A DNA stretch of 64,000 nucleotides from Octopus vulgaris (lineage: Eukaryota), in NCBI GenBank assembly GCA_951406725.2, contig OX597820.1:116622001-116686000 (forward strand). The letters are read 5' to 3'. The notes under the pieces were generated by a model, which was not told the DNA's origin, did not search any database, and saw only the letters and a program-made list of their open reading frames with translations. Shown piece after piece: positions 40,498 through 52,970 of this stretch. The first letter of the stretch is position 1; each line of letters begins with the position of its first letter. The translations under genes and the position numbers were made by a program.

Positions 40498-41529
40498 TTG
40501 TCCCCCACCACTATTTGACAACTGGTGTTGGTGACTTCTGCATTCCTGTAACTTAGCAGTCCAGCAAAAGAGAATTGAATAAGTACCAGGCTTTATGAAA
40601 AAAAAAAAAAAACTACTGGGGTTCAATTCATTTGACTAGAATTCTTCAAGGCAGTGCCCCAGCATGGCCACAGTGATGAGTGAAATAGAAAAAAAATATA
40701 TATATATAAAATGGTTTCAAATTTTGCCACAGAAGGAGGAGTCAATCACATCGACCCCAGTACGCAACTGGTACTTAATTTATCAACTCCAAGAGGATGA
40801 AAGGCAAATTCAACCTCGGTGGAATTTGAACTCAGAATGCAGCAACAGATGAAATGCCGCTAAGCATTTCGTCCAGCATGCTAATGATTCGGCCAGCTCG
40901 GCACCTTCTCTTTCTACAGAAACACATTAATCTGAAGAAACTAATGACTATACGTATCAGGTGGGGGAGAAGTTCATCTAGGAATATTAAAGAAATATGC
41001 ACTGTTTTTAAGAAACACAGTTCATTTCCAGGTTAGTTTCTGTAAAACTGATAATTAAAATGAAGAATGTGAATCAAAACAAACTGAGTAAAGAACATAA
41101 TTTAGTTTTTTTTCTTGTTTCAGTCATTAGACTGCGGGCCCTACTGGAGCATTTCTGAGAATTAAAAAAAATTTTTTTTTTTTTTAGTCAAACAGATCAA
41201 TGTTGTTGTACTTGCTTTGTCACTCTTTAACTGAACTGCTTAGAAATGAGGATATAAACAAACCAATACTGATTGCCAAGCAGTGGTAGGAGCGATGGGC
41301 TTCTTTCAGTTTCCATCTGCTAAATCCACTCAATAGGTTTTGGTCAGCCTGGGCCCATAGTAAAACACACCTGTCCAAGGTGTCACATAATGAGACTGAA
41401 CCCAAGACTGCAATGGTTGGGAGGCAGGCTTCTTATCCACACAGCCACGGATATAAAAAAAAAATTAAATAAAAAAAACCCACAATTATTACATAATTCT
41501 AACAATAAAACAAAATGATGATAATTCAG

Positions 41530-41747
41530 CTCTTTACTCTCTCTTTTACTCTTTTACTTGTTTCAGTCATTTGACTGCGGCCATGCTGGAGCACCGCCTT
41601 TAATCGAGCAACTCCACCCCGGGACTTATTCTTTTTGTAAGCCCAGTACTTATTCTATTGGTCTCTTTTTGCCAAACTGCTAAGTAACGGGGACATAAAC
41701 ACACCAGCATCGGTTGTCAAGCAATGCTAGGGGGACAAACACACACA

Positions 41748-41785
<38 letters not shown>

Positions 41786-41941
41786 ACAGGCTTCTTTTAG
41801 TTTCCGTCTACCAAATCCACTCACAAGGCTTTGGTCGGCCCGAGGCTATAGTAGAAGATACTTGCCCAAGGTGCCACGCAGTGGGACTGAACCCAGAACC
41901 ATGTGGTTGGTAAACAAGCTACTTACCACACAGCCACTCCT
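41530..41941 (-). mobile_element. SINE family A
   Basis: Full-length copy. Confidence 0.9.
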
Positions 41942-42466
41942 AACTAAAATAATTTTGAACAATCAAACAGGCACATCATTAAATAAAATCTAAAATAAAC
42001 GAATGAAATCTTAAATAGCAAGAATACTGAACAAGAGTGACTGTAGCCATTGTTTAAAACATTAAAACCACTGTCAGAATCTTTGTTCGTATCACTTGTT
42101 AAATATCACCATGTGACAATTTGTAAAATGTCATTCATAGAAGTAATTACAGAATATGCTGGAAGATAGTCTCATAAAATTGTGTGTGTGTGTGTGTGTG
42201 TGTTTACTGCTTTATCATTTAAAGCAGCAAAATGCAGCCCAAATATTCTACCCGTTTTATGTTCAAACTGGCTAGATCCAACCTCTCACACCTACCCAAC
42301 AATGTCATCTAAAAATATACAATCACATCATTGAAATCTCAAAGCCAGGAGACAATTTATGATTAATTTAAAACTGTGAATAAATAAGCATTAGATTTGA
42401 CAGAGTAATCCGAATGCTAAAGTGTAAAAGAGTTTTTACATTTGATTTTTGTAGGAATTTGTTTAA

Positions 42467-43225
42467 CCCTTTCATTACCAACCCGACTGAAACCACCTCT
42501 GGCTCTGTAGTACAAATGTCTTGTTTTCATAAGTTTTGAATTAAAATCTTCCACCAAACTTTAGTCACAATTTATATTCCTAACACTAGCTGAATGATAA
42601 CTAATTTATTTTACTAAATTCTTTGTTATATTTAAAATTAATTGAAAGAAACACAGAGCATCTCAACAGAAGTATGGTAACAAAAGGGTTAATAAATGAT
42701 TAATTTAACCCTTTTGATACCAACCTGGCTGAAACCACCTCAGCCTCTGTTATACAAATGTCTTGTTTTCATAAGTTTTGAATTAAAATCTTCCACCAAA
42801 CTTTAGTCACAATTTATATTCCTAACACTAGCTGAATGATAACTAATTTATTTTACTAAATTCTTTGTTATATTTAAAATTAATTGAAAGAAACACAGAG
42901 CATCTCAACAGAAGTATGGTAACAAAAGGGTTAATAAATGATTAATTTAACCCTTTTGATACCAACCTGGTGAAACCACCTCAGCCTCTGTTATACAAAT
43001 GTCTTGTTTTCATAAGTTTTGAATTAAAATCTTCCACCAAACTTTAGTCACAATTTATATTCCTAACACTAGCTGAATGATAACTAATTTATTTTACTAA
43101 ATTCTTTGTTATATTTAAAATTAATTGAAAGAAACACAGAGCATCTCAACAGAAGTATGGTAACAAAAGGGTTAACAAATGATTAATTTAACCCTTTTGA
43201 TACCATCCAGGCTGTAACCTGCTCT
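42467..43225 (-). repeat. Tandem array of 3 full and 1 partial unit of the same MITE, opposite orientation, period ~242 bp
   Basis: CCCTTT at 42467, 42709, 42951 and 43192; sequence is the reverse complement of the 28127 array; linkers TTAA-(t/c)aaatgattaat-TTAA. Confidence 0.92.
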
Positions 43226-43705
43226 ATTTTAAAAATAGGAAGGACACAGCTGAGATGCATTTGATCACAGACCTATTAGATTTGAACACACCTGTTGCTA
43301 AACAACAACAGCAACTGTTAAAATGATTCCTGTCTCACTAACACCCGTCAGCATCAGCAATATTATATTACAGAAACATCAGCACCAGGACTTTGCTGTT
43401 TGTCTTTGCAAGGTCAACAAAAATACAACAGCAAATAAGTTCGTATGACTTTGTGCCTTTATTAGAAATAATTTTATTGCTCTAATCAAAAATATATTTA
43501 AGCAACAACATTTGGATCTTTTCCATTTCCTTCTTCCAACCAATCGAAGATCTTTCAATGGGCTTCTTTTTAAATTTTCCACACTGATGCAGTTTTGCAT
43601 GCTGATGATGATAATTGCATAAAGAAGTTGGAAGTATTTAAAGTTACAGAATTTTAGCCAGTGAAATAAGTCCAGTGTCCTCACAAGCAGAAGCTGAAAC
43701 TGTTT

Positions 43706-43719
43706 GTTACCATGGCAAC
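43706..43719. promoter_or_regulatory. RFX X-box motif
   Basis: GTTACCATGGCAAC is a full match to GTTRCCATGGYAAC, in non-repetitive sequence. Confidence 0.55.
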
Positions 43720-44156
43720 TTCAGTGTATCATTGTTTACCCCTGGAATTGTACACAAGATTTTGAAAATGAAAACAAAAACAGAAGCGAATTGAAGGACA
43801 AATTTTTGAAATTCTAAACATTATGGAATGAATAAATTTTTTTTTAAACAATCTAATAAAAAACAATGATGAAATAATGAGATGAGAGGGAAAGTAGGTG
43901 AGAATGGGAGAAGGCAGGTTCAAATCCACTAAGGACATTTTATGAATTATTTGTGTATTTTAGACTATAAATATAATTTTAACATTGTCCCAGCTCTCCT
44001 AACTGTCTGGACATGATCATCCAGGACCATCCTCAGCACAGGCTCAGAAGGAAGGAAATTCCTCATATTCACCTGACACCAAAAGACAGAATAAACACTA
44101 ACATTTAAAAGCCTTAAAAGCTTCCTTGGGGTGAGTAAGAGGAAAGAAGGCAAATA

Positions 44157-44375
44157 TAAAGGGATGCTGAAATGTTCCTGGCTTTGGGTAAAAGAAAATA
44201 GAGGAGGATCAGTTAATTAGGATTTTATTCAACATATTTCCATCTTAGATTCACACATTTATTGCAGTGGTCTTTCAGTTTTTCTAAGCACTGTAAAAGG
44301 ACTTGGAAGGTTGAACCTCCAACTAGGCCTTTCATGATACCCTTAAAGCCAGGAATTTCTCAGCACCCACTCTTA
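44157..44375. mobile_element. mariner-derived MITE
   Basis: Imperfect TIRs ..GGGATGCTGAAATGTTCCTGGCTTT / AAAGCCAGGAATTTCTCAGCACCC with TA ends. Confidence 0.75.
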
Positions 44376-45729
44376 AGGTGGAAGGGAGGGAGGTGTGTAA
44401 AGAAGGAGGAAAGTAAGTAAGACTGAGTGAGAATGTAGCAAGAGAGAGAGAGAAGTCTGTAAGAGTGAATTGAGAGGAGGTAAGATTGAAAGATGAAAGG
44501 AAAGTGGAAAGGAGGAGTGGTAAAAATGATTGAGAAAGAAAGGAAAAACAAAATCTGAGAGACAAAGAAAGGAGAAAGACAGAGAAAGGAGAGAGGGGAT
44601 AGGGAGAGAGAGGGAGAGAGAGGGAGAGAGATAAGCAGAATATGAAGAGAAAATATTTGAGAAGGAAAGGCAGAGATTTAGTAAGGAAAGGGAGAAAGGA
44701 AAAGAGAAAAGAGAGATATTTGAAAAGAGCAAAAAACGGTTCCAAAACACAAAATGTTAATTTGTTTTTGTTTTGTTTTAAATCTAGCCCTCTGCACCAC
44801 CATCACCATGTTCTGCCTACATGACATTATGCTTAGAATGGTTCCAGCCCAAAATCAGAAATGACAAAGAACTCTCAGAACGCAATTTCTCTTAGACTGG
44901 TTGTTTTGAACTTCAGTTCGTCATCAAACATTCCACATGGAAAGGAATTAAACTTTAATACAGATGACAGACTGGCAGCATTGTTAGTGTCGCACAAAAT
45001 GCATTACAGCATTTAGTTGCAAACCTTAACATTCTGAGTTCAAATTTCAAGTTCTGCTTTGCCTTTCATATTTTTAGGTACTTGGTGACCCTGTCAGTGC
45101 AGGTGCCACTTAAAAAGCATGCAGTCCACACTTTGAAGCAGTTGGCATTTGGAAGGGCATCCAGCAGTAAAAACCTTGCCAAAACTGACCTTGCCTGTGC
45201 TTGTGCCATGTAAAAAACACTCAGTCCACTCTGTTGAGTGGTTGGTGCCAGAAAGGGCATCCAGCTGTAAAAACCCTGCCACCGCGAAAGCGTTATTGAT
45301 GGACTAAGCAATGGTGTGACAAGTAGAATTACAATAAGATTCTGTTATTCTGGAATTTTTGTGATACTCCAAAGAGAGATTATTCTTTGAAACTATTATA
45401 TTTCTTTAATGGATTATTATCCCCAACTTTTATTAAAAAGAAAATCACTTTTAAAAACAAAATAAAGCCAGAAGAAAATATATATATAAAAAAAAAATGA
45501 ACTTTAGCATGGAATTATTAAAGGTTTCAAAGTTTGATCTCATTGATACTTCACAGTAAATCAATTCTAGTAATCTATATGGTAAAACGAGCCAGGTTTC
45601 TCTGTTCAGCTGTCCTATACCTCACACGTGACATTCAAATTATTTATTTGAAGAAATGAAACAAAATAACATTTGAGTTTATTCAATTCGTTTATTGAAT
45701 TCACACATGTAATTTAAGAAGAAACAAGG

Positions 45730-45946
45730 TTTACTCTCTTTACTCTTTTACTTGTTTCAGTCATTTGACTGCGGCCATGCTGGAGCACCGCCTTTAGTCG
45801 AACAAATCAACCCCGGGACTTATTCTTTTTGTAAGCCCAGTACTTATTCTATTGGTCTCTTTTTGCCGAACCGCTAAGTGACGGGGATGTAAACACACCA
45901 GCATCGGTTGTCAAGCAATGCTAGGGGAACAAACACAGACACACAA

Positions 45947-45990
<44 letters not shown>

Positions 45991-46113
45991 GACAGGCTTC
46001 TTTCAGTTTCCGTCTACTAAATCCACTCACAAGGCATTGGTCGGCCCGGGGCTATAGCAGAAGACACTTGTCCAAGATGCAAGCTACTTATCACACAGCC
46101 ACTCCTGCACCTA
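45730..46113 (-). mobile_element. SINE family A with deletion in the head
   Basis: About 40 nt missing at 46080 (B-box region). Confidence 0.88.
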
Positions 46114-46300
46114 TTTGAGCTTTATTTCTGGCCAAATTTTTTTCCTCGCACGTCACACACACCCGTAAAGAGGCCGTTCATTTAGTTTTTCTATATGCTT
46201 CAGCCTTTAAGCTGCGGCCATGCTGGGGCACCGCCATGAATGCTTTATTTTTAAGAACAACAATAGACTATGCTTTGTTGGATGTCAGACAGATTAGCAT

Positions 46301-46488
46301 ATGCACTGGTTCGGTCTCCCTTCTTTTATTATTATTGGTCAATTTATTAACCAGTAAACTAATTAACTAATCAATCGATTGCTTAGTCAGTCAACCAGTC
46401 TGCTAGGTTTGACCAAACAAGCATACAATTGATTAGTTAATTGGTTAACTAATTAATTAATAATAAAAGAAAAGTAAAACCAATGCAT
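46301..46488. repeat. ~190-bp imperfect fold-back (MITE-like)
   Basis: Nested inverted pairs ATGCACTGGTT/AACCAATGCAT, TTCTTTTATTATTA/TAATAATAAAAGAA, AATTAACTAATCAAT/ATTGATTAGTTAATT; a half copy lies near 38020-38125. Confidence 0.75.
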
Positions 46489-47065
46489 CTTTTTATTATG
46501 GGGCATAATGACCCACCCAAGGTACAACAAAATCTGTTTCAACACAGGAAGAACCTTGCAAACACCAAATCCTCATCATTGTCGTTTAACGTCTGCTTTC
46601 CATGCTGGCATGGGTTGGACGGTTTGACTGAGGGCTGGCAAGCCAGAAGGCTGCACCAGGCTCCAGTCTGATCTGGCAGAGTTTCTACAGCTGGATGCCC
46701 TTCCTAACGCCAACCACTCCGAGAGTGTAGTGGGTGCTTTTACGTGCCACCAGCAAGGGGGCAAGTCAGGTGGTCCTAGCAACGACCATGCTCAAATGAT
46801 GTTTTTTTATGTGCCACCTGCACAGGAGCCAGTCCGGTGACACTGGTAACGACCACACTTGAACAAAACAGAAATAGGCTGGGCGAAAGGGAAAGACAAA
46901 CAAAGTGGAAAAAGAAAGAGAAAGCTTATAAAGATGGTGATTAAATAGCTAAAAGTCTTCCACCAGCAAAACAATTCTGCTGTAAATCTTCTTTGGTTTA
47001 TTAAAAAGAAGTTTCTTATATTTATTAAAACCAGTCATTTCTGAGCAGCTAAATTATTTTACATG

Positions 47066-47440
47066 GTACAGGTGAGACTGTAAGGTAAGAAGCTCGTTAC
47101 CCAAATATGGTTCTGTGTGCAGTCTCAAGCACCTTCTACTATAGCCTCAGGCAGACCAAAGTCTTGTGAATGATCTGGTAGACGGAAACTGAAAGAAGCC
47201 CATTCTGTGTGTGTGTGTGTGTGCCTTTCTGTCTGTGTTTGTCCTTAACCATTGCCTGACAGCCAGTGTTGATGTATTTAAGTCCCCATAACTTAGCAGT
47301 TCATCAAAAGAGACCAATAGAATAAGTACCAGGCTTAAAAAAAAAAACGTCCTGGGGTCAATTCATTTGACTAAAATTCTTTGAGTTGGTGCTCCAGCAT
47401 GGCCACATACTAATAATTGAAAAAATTAAAAAATAAAAGA
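47066..47440 (+). mobile_element. SINE family A, diverged, flanked by a 36-bp direct repeat
   Basis: Family blocks present; flanking repeats at 47028-47063 and 47450-47485. Confidence 0.8.
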
Positions 47441-47709
47441 TGCCTCTTGAAACCAGTAATTTTTGAGTTGCTAAATTATTTTACAAAACACCTTTGGATG
47501 GTTTTGTAAGGTAAATATTTTATTTACACTTAAATATTTGTTAACAACAATTAAGAAATTTACACAAAAGCCATAAAAACATTTCTTATTGAGAAAGAAA
47601 AAAATAATTCACTAAAATTTTGTTTTCCCAATTTGCTTACATAAGAGGAAGCTCTGGTTAGGGTCTTCATATTCCACTGGAATGATACTTCAGCATTTTT
47701 ATCTTTGAT

Positions 47710-48503
47710 AGTTTTTAAATCATTGGAAAGCAGCCATGCTGGACCAGCACCCTGAAGGGTTCAGTGAAACAAATCAACCCTTGTACTTATTTCTTAAGTC
47801 TGGTGCTTATTCTGTCAGTCTCTTTCACTGAACTGCTAAGTTACAGGAACATAAATAAACCAACACCCACATTCAGGTATTGGGGCAAGACAAACACACA
47901 CACACACATCTTTTGCTTGTTTTAGTCATTTGACTGTGGCCCATGCTGGGGCACTGCCTTAAGGGGTTTTAGTTGAACAAATCAACCCCAGGACTTATTT
48001 TTTTCTAAGCCTAGTACTTATTCTATCAGTATCTTCTGCCAAACCGCTAAGTTACGGGGATGTAAAAACCAGTTGTCAAGTGGCAGTGAGGGACAAACAC
48101 AGTCACAAAGACACATATATATAACAGGCTTCTTTCAGTTTCCCTCTTCCAAATCCACTCACAAGGCTTGGGTCAGCCCAAGGCTATAGTAGACAACACT
48201 TGCCCAAGGTGCTGCCATGCCATGAGACTGAACCCAAAACCACATGGTTGCAAAGTAAGCTTCTTTAACCATACAGCCATACATTCTTTTCTTTTTTTCG
48301 TTTACTTGTTTCAGTCATTTGACTGTGGCCATGCTGGAGCACCGCCTTTAGTCAAGCAAATCGACCCCAAGACTTATTTTTTGTAAGCCCAGTACTTATT
48401 CTATCGGCCTCTTTTGCCGAACCGCTAGGTGACGGGGACGTAAACACACCAGCATCGGTTGTCAAGCAATGCTAGGGGGACAAACACAGACATAGAAACA
48501 CAA

Positions 48504-48536
<33 letters not shown>

Positions 48537-48716
48537 CACACATACATACATATATATATATGACAGGCTTCTTTCAGTTTCCGTCTACCAAATCCACTGA
48601 CAAGGCATTGGTCGGCCCGGTGCTATAGCAGAAGACACTTGCCCAAGATGCCACGCAGTGGGACTGAACCTGGAACCATGTGGTTGGTTAGCAAGCTACT
48701 TACCACACAGCCACTC
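47710..48716 (-). mobile_element. Head-to-tail cluster of three SINE family A copies of different ages
   Basis: Tail-only 47710-47900, diverged 47910-48280, young 48300-48716. Confidence 0.85.
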
Positions 48717-51429
48717 AAAATATTGTGGACAAAATTATCATAAAAAAAATTAAATTTCCTTTGACATTCATCGACCACTAACATCAGTGACGCAAACATT
48801 CAGAAATACGAGAGGTTTTATGACAACAGAACCTTGATTAGGAATGTCGCTTACAGAAAAAAAACAAACACCTGAGTCAATGTTGTCGAATGTATTTCAA
48901 TTGAGTTTGCAAAATATGAAAGGAAATATTTTTAAAATAAACATTTTTAGTTAAACAATATCGTTTATCTTTTACAGTCAACAGACTGCAACCATGCTGG
49001 GGCAGCACTTTGAAGGATTTTAGTCAAACAAATCCACCCTAGTACTTAGTTTTAAGTCTGGCACTTATCCTCAGTGTCTTTTGTTGAACTGCTAAGTTGG
49101 GGGTGAGACATAAACAAACCAACAGCTGCTGTCAAGTGGGGGGGGGAGGCAAACACAGATACACACATGAAGGGCTTCTACACAGTGTCCATCTGCCAAA
49201 TTCACTCGCAGGGCATTGTTCATCCTGGGGCTATAGTAGAAAACACGGTCATGCAGTGGGACTGACCCTAAAACTTGTGTGACTGCACAGTAAACTTCTT
49301 AACCTCACAACCATGCCCCTACCTAAAATGAGGAACTAAATTTATTCAACCTTCACCGAAGAAGCCAATCTACTAGATTTCAATGGTAAATCTGACTAAA
49401 AGCCATCTTAAAGAACATCTTTTCTGGAAAAATAACTTCCTAATTCTTTGAGAATCCCTGAATTTAAGCTAAATATATATTTATATTAAACCTTTAGCAT
49501 TCAGATTCCTCTGTTAAATGTAAAGCTTATTGGTCCACATAGTTTGGAATTAATCTTGGATTATCTCATTGTCTTGTGATTTTGACGATGTGATTAGTTT
49601 TAGAATGGCATTGTAGAGGAGGTGTGAAAGGCTGGATCTGGCCAGCTTGAACACAAGACAAGGTGTAATATTTGGACTGAATATGGCTGGCTTAAATGCA
49701 AAAGAGCTAAAGGTAGCAGGTTGTGGGGTTAAGAAGCTTGCTTCCCAAGCATGTGGCTTCAGATTCAATCCCAGACACTTCAGGCAAATGTCTTCTGCTG
49801 GAGATCATGGGTCAACCAAAAATCTTGTGAGTGAATTTGGTAGAATGAAAGTGAAAGCAGTCCGTTGTGTGTGTTTTCTTAGTCTCGACAGCACAGGATA
49901 GTTGTAAATGAGTGTCACCATCATACAAGCAGTGTCCATCATTTTTAGTCTTCCTTGAACACATGTCCAACCAGGGGGGGGGGAAACATTACCTAACTTG
50001 GAAACAGGTGAGGGTTAACAATGGGAAAAGCATCAGTTCATACAAAATCTGCTCCGATGAAGTCCTTCTGGTCCATACGAGCATGGAAAAGTAAACTTGT
50101 TCACACACATACACACAAAGTGTGTGAGTGTACATATAAATGTTCACACACACACACATGCTCACACATATAAACACACTGAGTGGTGTGTATAAGCCAT
50201 GGTAACAGGTGTGAAACATTTAAATTAAAGTGAGGAATTTTTCCCCCTATCCATCCAGTGAATTTAATCCATTGATCAGGAGTTTCAATTGCGTATGAAT
50301 CAGCTGCTCAGGAATTTACCTACTTGACCTACTAAACCGCTCTAAACCTCACACATTAAGAATACAACAACTGGAATGGAAAGCTTTCCAGAAAGATGTT
50401 TAGGTGCTATAGACTGAGGATATTTCATTTTTATTAGATTCAAATGTTGAAGCAATGAAAGCCTACCAGAATGGAAAAGTCAAAAGACTAACACGTGTTT
50501 AGCCATGACAAAACCATTTAGCTGTCCACAGCGGAGTTTACCAGGCTCTTAATAAATAACAAAGAATCATCATCATCATTGTTTACCATTTATTTTCCAT
50601 GTTGGCATTGGCTGGATGGTTTGACAGGAGCCAACAAAGCCAGGAGACACACCTGGTTCCAGTGTTTGCTTTTGGTTCAGTTTCTATGGCTGGATGCCCT
50701 TCTTAATACCATCCATTTTACAAAGTTTACTGGGTGCTTTTATGTGGCACCAGCAGCAGTGCTTTTTATGTGGTACCAGCTGGGAAAAGGTCACCAAGTA
50801 CTTTGCAAGACAAAAAACCCTCAACTGGGAGGGGGAGTAATGTTGGGTGGGTGTGTGGCTTTGTGTCAGTTGCAATGTCTAAGGTATAGAAGAATTGACT
50901 TTTGATGTTAAGAACAAATCCTCAAATTTGGGGAAGGCATGGTTTACTAAATCAACCCCAGCACTTGACTTGCCCAGGATTAGGTGCCCTTGGGTCAGCA
51001 AAAATTAATCCTATAGGATTTGAACTCAGCAACTAAATACTCCAAGGAAATGTTCTAACTCTGCCCTTCTATTGACCTTTCACTGTTAAATAGGCACTGA
51101 CAGAATTTGTGAAATACTGACATACGATTTATTGGTGGCTTATGGGGCTAAGTTCAATTTGTCCAGTTGAGAATCTGAAGAAAAATGAAAATCCAATCAC
51201 ATCTCAGAATACAGAACAACTTTGATGGGTGACTATGGAAAGAATGCACGCTAACACTGGAAGACAATAGAAACACAAATAGTTGTGATGTATAGCAGTG
51301 AGAGTTGACCCTGATCAAACTGACTTGCAATCAGACCTTCCAGCCTTGACCAACCTAATTTAAGGTATTGTGTATCTAAAAGAAAAATGTCCAGTCTGTT
51401 TTTCTTTCTTTCTTTCTTTTTAATGTCTT

Positions 51430-52327
51430 TAGCAACACATACATTTAATCTCCTGAAACCTCTCGCTTAATCCAGCATCATTTCCATTGGTGGAAGCATT
51501 CCTGAAACTCCTTTTTTGGAGATAGGCGCAGGAGTGGCTGTGTGGTAAGTAGCTTGTTTACCAACCACATGGTTCCGGGTTCAGTCCCACTGCGTGGCAT
51601 CTTGGGCGAGTGTCTTCTGCTGTAGCCCCGGGCCGACAAAAAGCCTTGTGAGTGGATTTGGTAGACGGAAACTGAAAGAAGCCTGTCGTATATATGTATA
51701 TATATATAAGTGTGTGTGTATATGTTTGTGTGTCTGTGTTTGTCCCCCTAGCATTGCTTGACAACTGATGCTGGTGTGTTTACGTCTCCGTCACTTAGCG
51801 GTTCGGCAAAAGAGACCAATAGAATAAGTACTGGGCTTACAAAGAATAAGTCCCGGGATCGATTTGCTCGACTAAAGGCGGTGCTCCAGCATGGCCGCAG
51901 TCAACTGACTGAAACAAGTAAAAGAGTTAAAAGAGAGTTGCCTCATCGCATTCTCTTGGATTTCCTTGATGTCTTGAGAGCTTCTTCCTTTCATGTGGGA
52001 TTCCTTTTAAACTTTGGTTTTGGGGTCATAGCCATAGACCCACAATTTTGTCACCTGTTATGACTGGCTCCAAAAAGTCTTCATCTTCCTCGACACAATC
52101 AAGGAGATCCCGTCCAGCTGAAACCCAGTCATATTTTTTTGAGGACCATGCCCCAGACGCATTACTTCCAAACACTACTATAAACAATGGAAGTGAGTGA
52201 GAACCTTATAACTTAGCGTGCAAGTGTGACAGAGACCAAGGTCAATGTGTGCCAAGTGGCTTCACTCTGCTTACTTTAGCCCCATTACTATAACAACAGT
52301 CCCAATACTTTTTGATCAGACATCGTA
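51430..52327 (-). mobile_element. Internally deleted mariner element interrupted by a SINE
   Basis: Minus-strand remnant VITGD..WVYGYDPKTK; terminus ..ATACTTTTTGATCAGACATCG-TA; SINE at 51524-51938. Left boundary uncertain. Confidence 0.7.
51524..51938 (+). mobile_element. SINE family A
   Basis: Full-length copy inside the mariner remnant. Confidence 0.9.
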
Positions 52328-52499
52328 TATCATTACAGGTTGTCATAGACGAAACAGAGCAGCTAAAATGAGAAACAAAGTGACACGAGAGAGCAAGAGA
52401 GAATTTGACTGAAGCAACACAGTATATGTCTTAATACAAAAAGGTTTTACACTACCACCACCACAAAATTAAAGAGGGGGAAAAACACAAAAATTAGGT

Positions 52500-52970
52500 T
52501 CTGAGATATGCTGTGACTGAAGACCCGACAAATGAAGTAAGTTCATGTCTCGCAGGACGGCCTGCTGTGCTTACCTTGGATCGTAGAGTGACCCACTGTT
52601 CTTGAGGAGGCCCATTGAGTCAAGTACGTTAACACCAACATCAAAATGAAAATCAAATGGAAATTGTAGTTAAGATACTCGTGCTGGTGACACGTAAAAA
52701 GCACCGTCTGAACGTGGCCGATGCCAGCGCCGCCTGACTGGCAGCCATGTCGGTGACACGTAAAAGCACCAACCGACTGTGGCCGTTTGCCAGCCTCCCC
52801 TGGCACATAAAAAAAACCCACCACACTCATGGAGTGGTTGGTGTTAGGAGCTGTAGAAACATTGCCAGATCAGACTGGAGCCTGGTGAAGCCTCCTGGCT
52901 TCCCAGACCCTGGTCGAACTGTCCAACCCATGCTAGCATGGAAAACAGACGTTAAACGATGATGATGATA
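52500..52970 (+). mobile_element. RTE 3' UTR fragment with (GAT)n tail
   Basis: Reverse complement of 2926-3440. Confidence 0.85.

Noticed and set aside
39964-40626. Longest ORFs (220 aa here, also 36028-36597 and 38087-38647)
   Set aside because: They span SINE pieces, microsatellites and purine/pyrimidine tracts that lack stops by composition; no domain signal.
48786-48880. TGACGCAA and TGAGTCA bZIP-type motifs
   Set aside because: 7-8 bp motifs are expected several times by chance in 64 kb.
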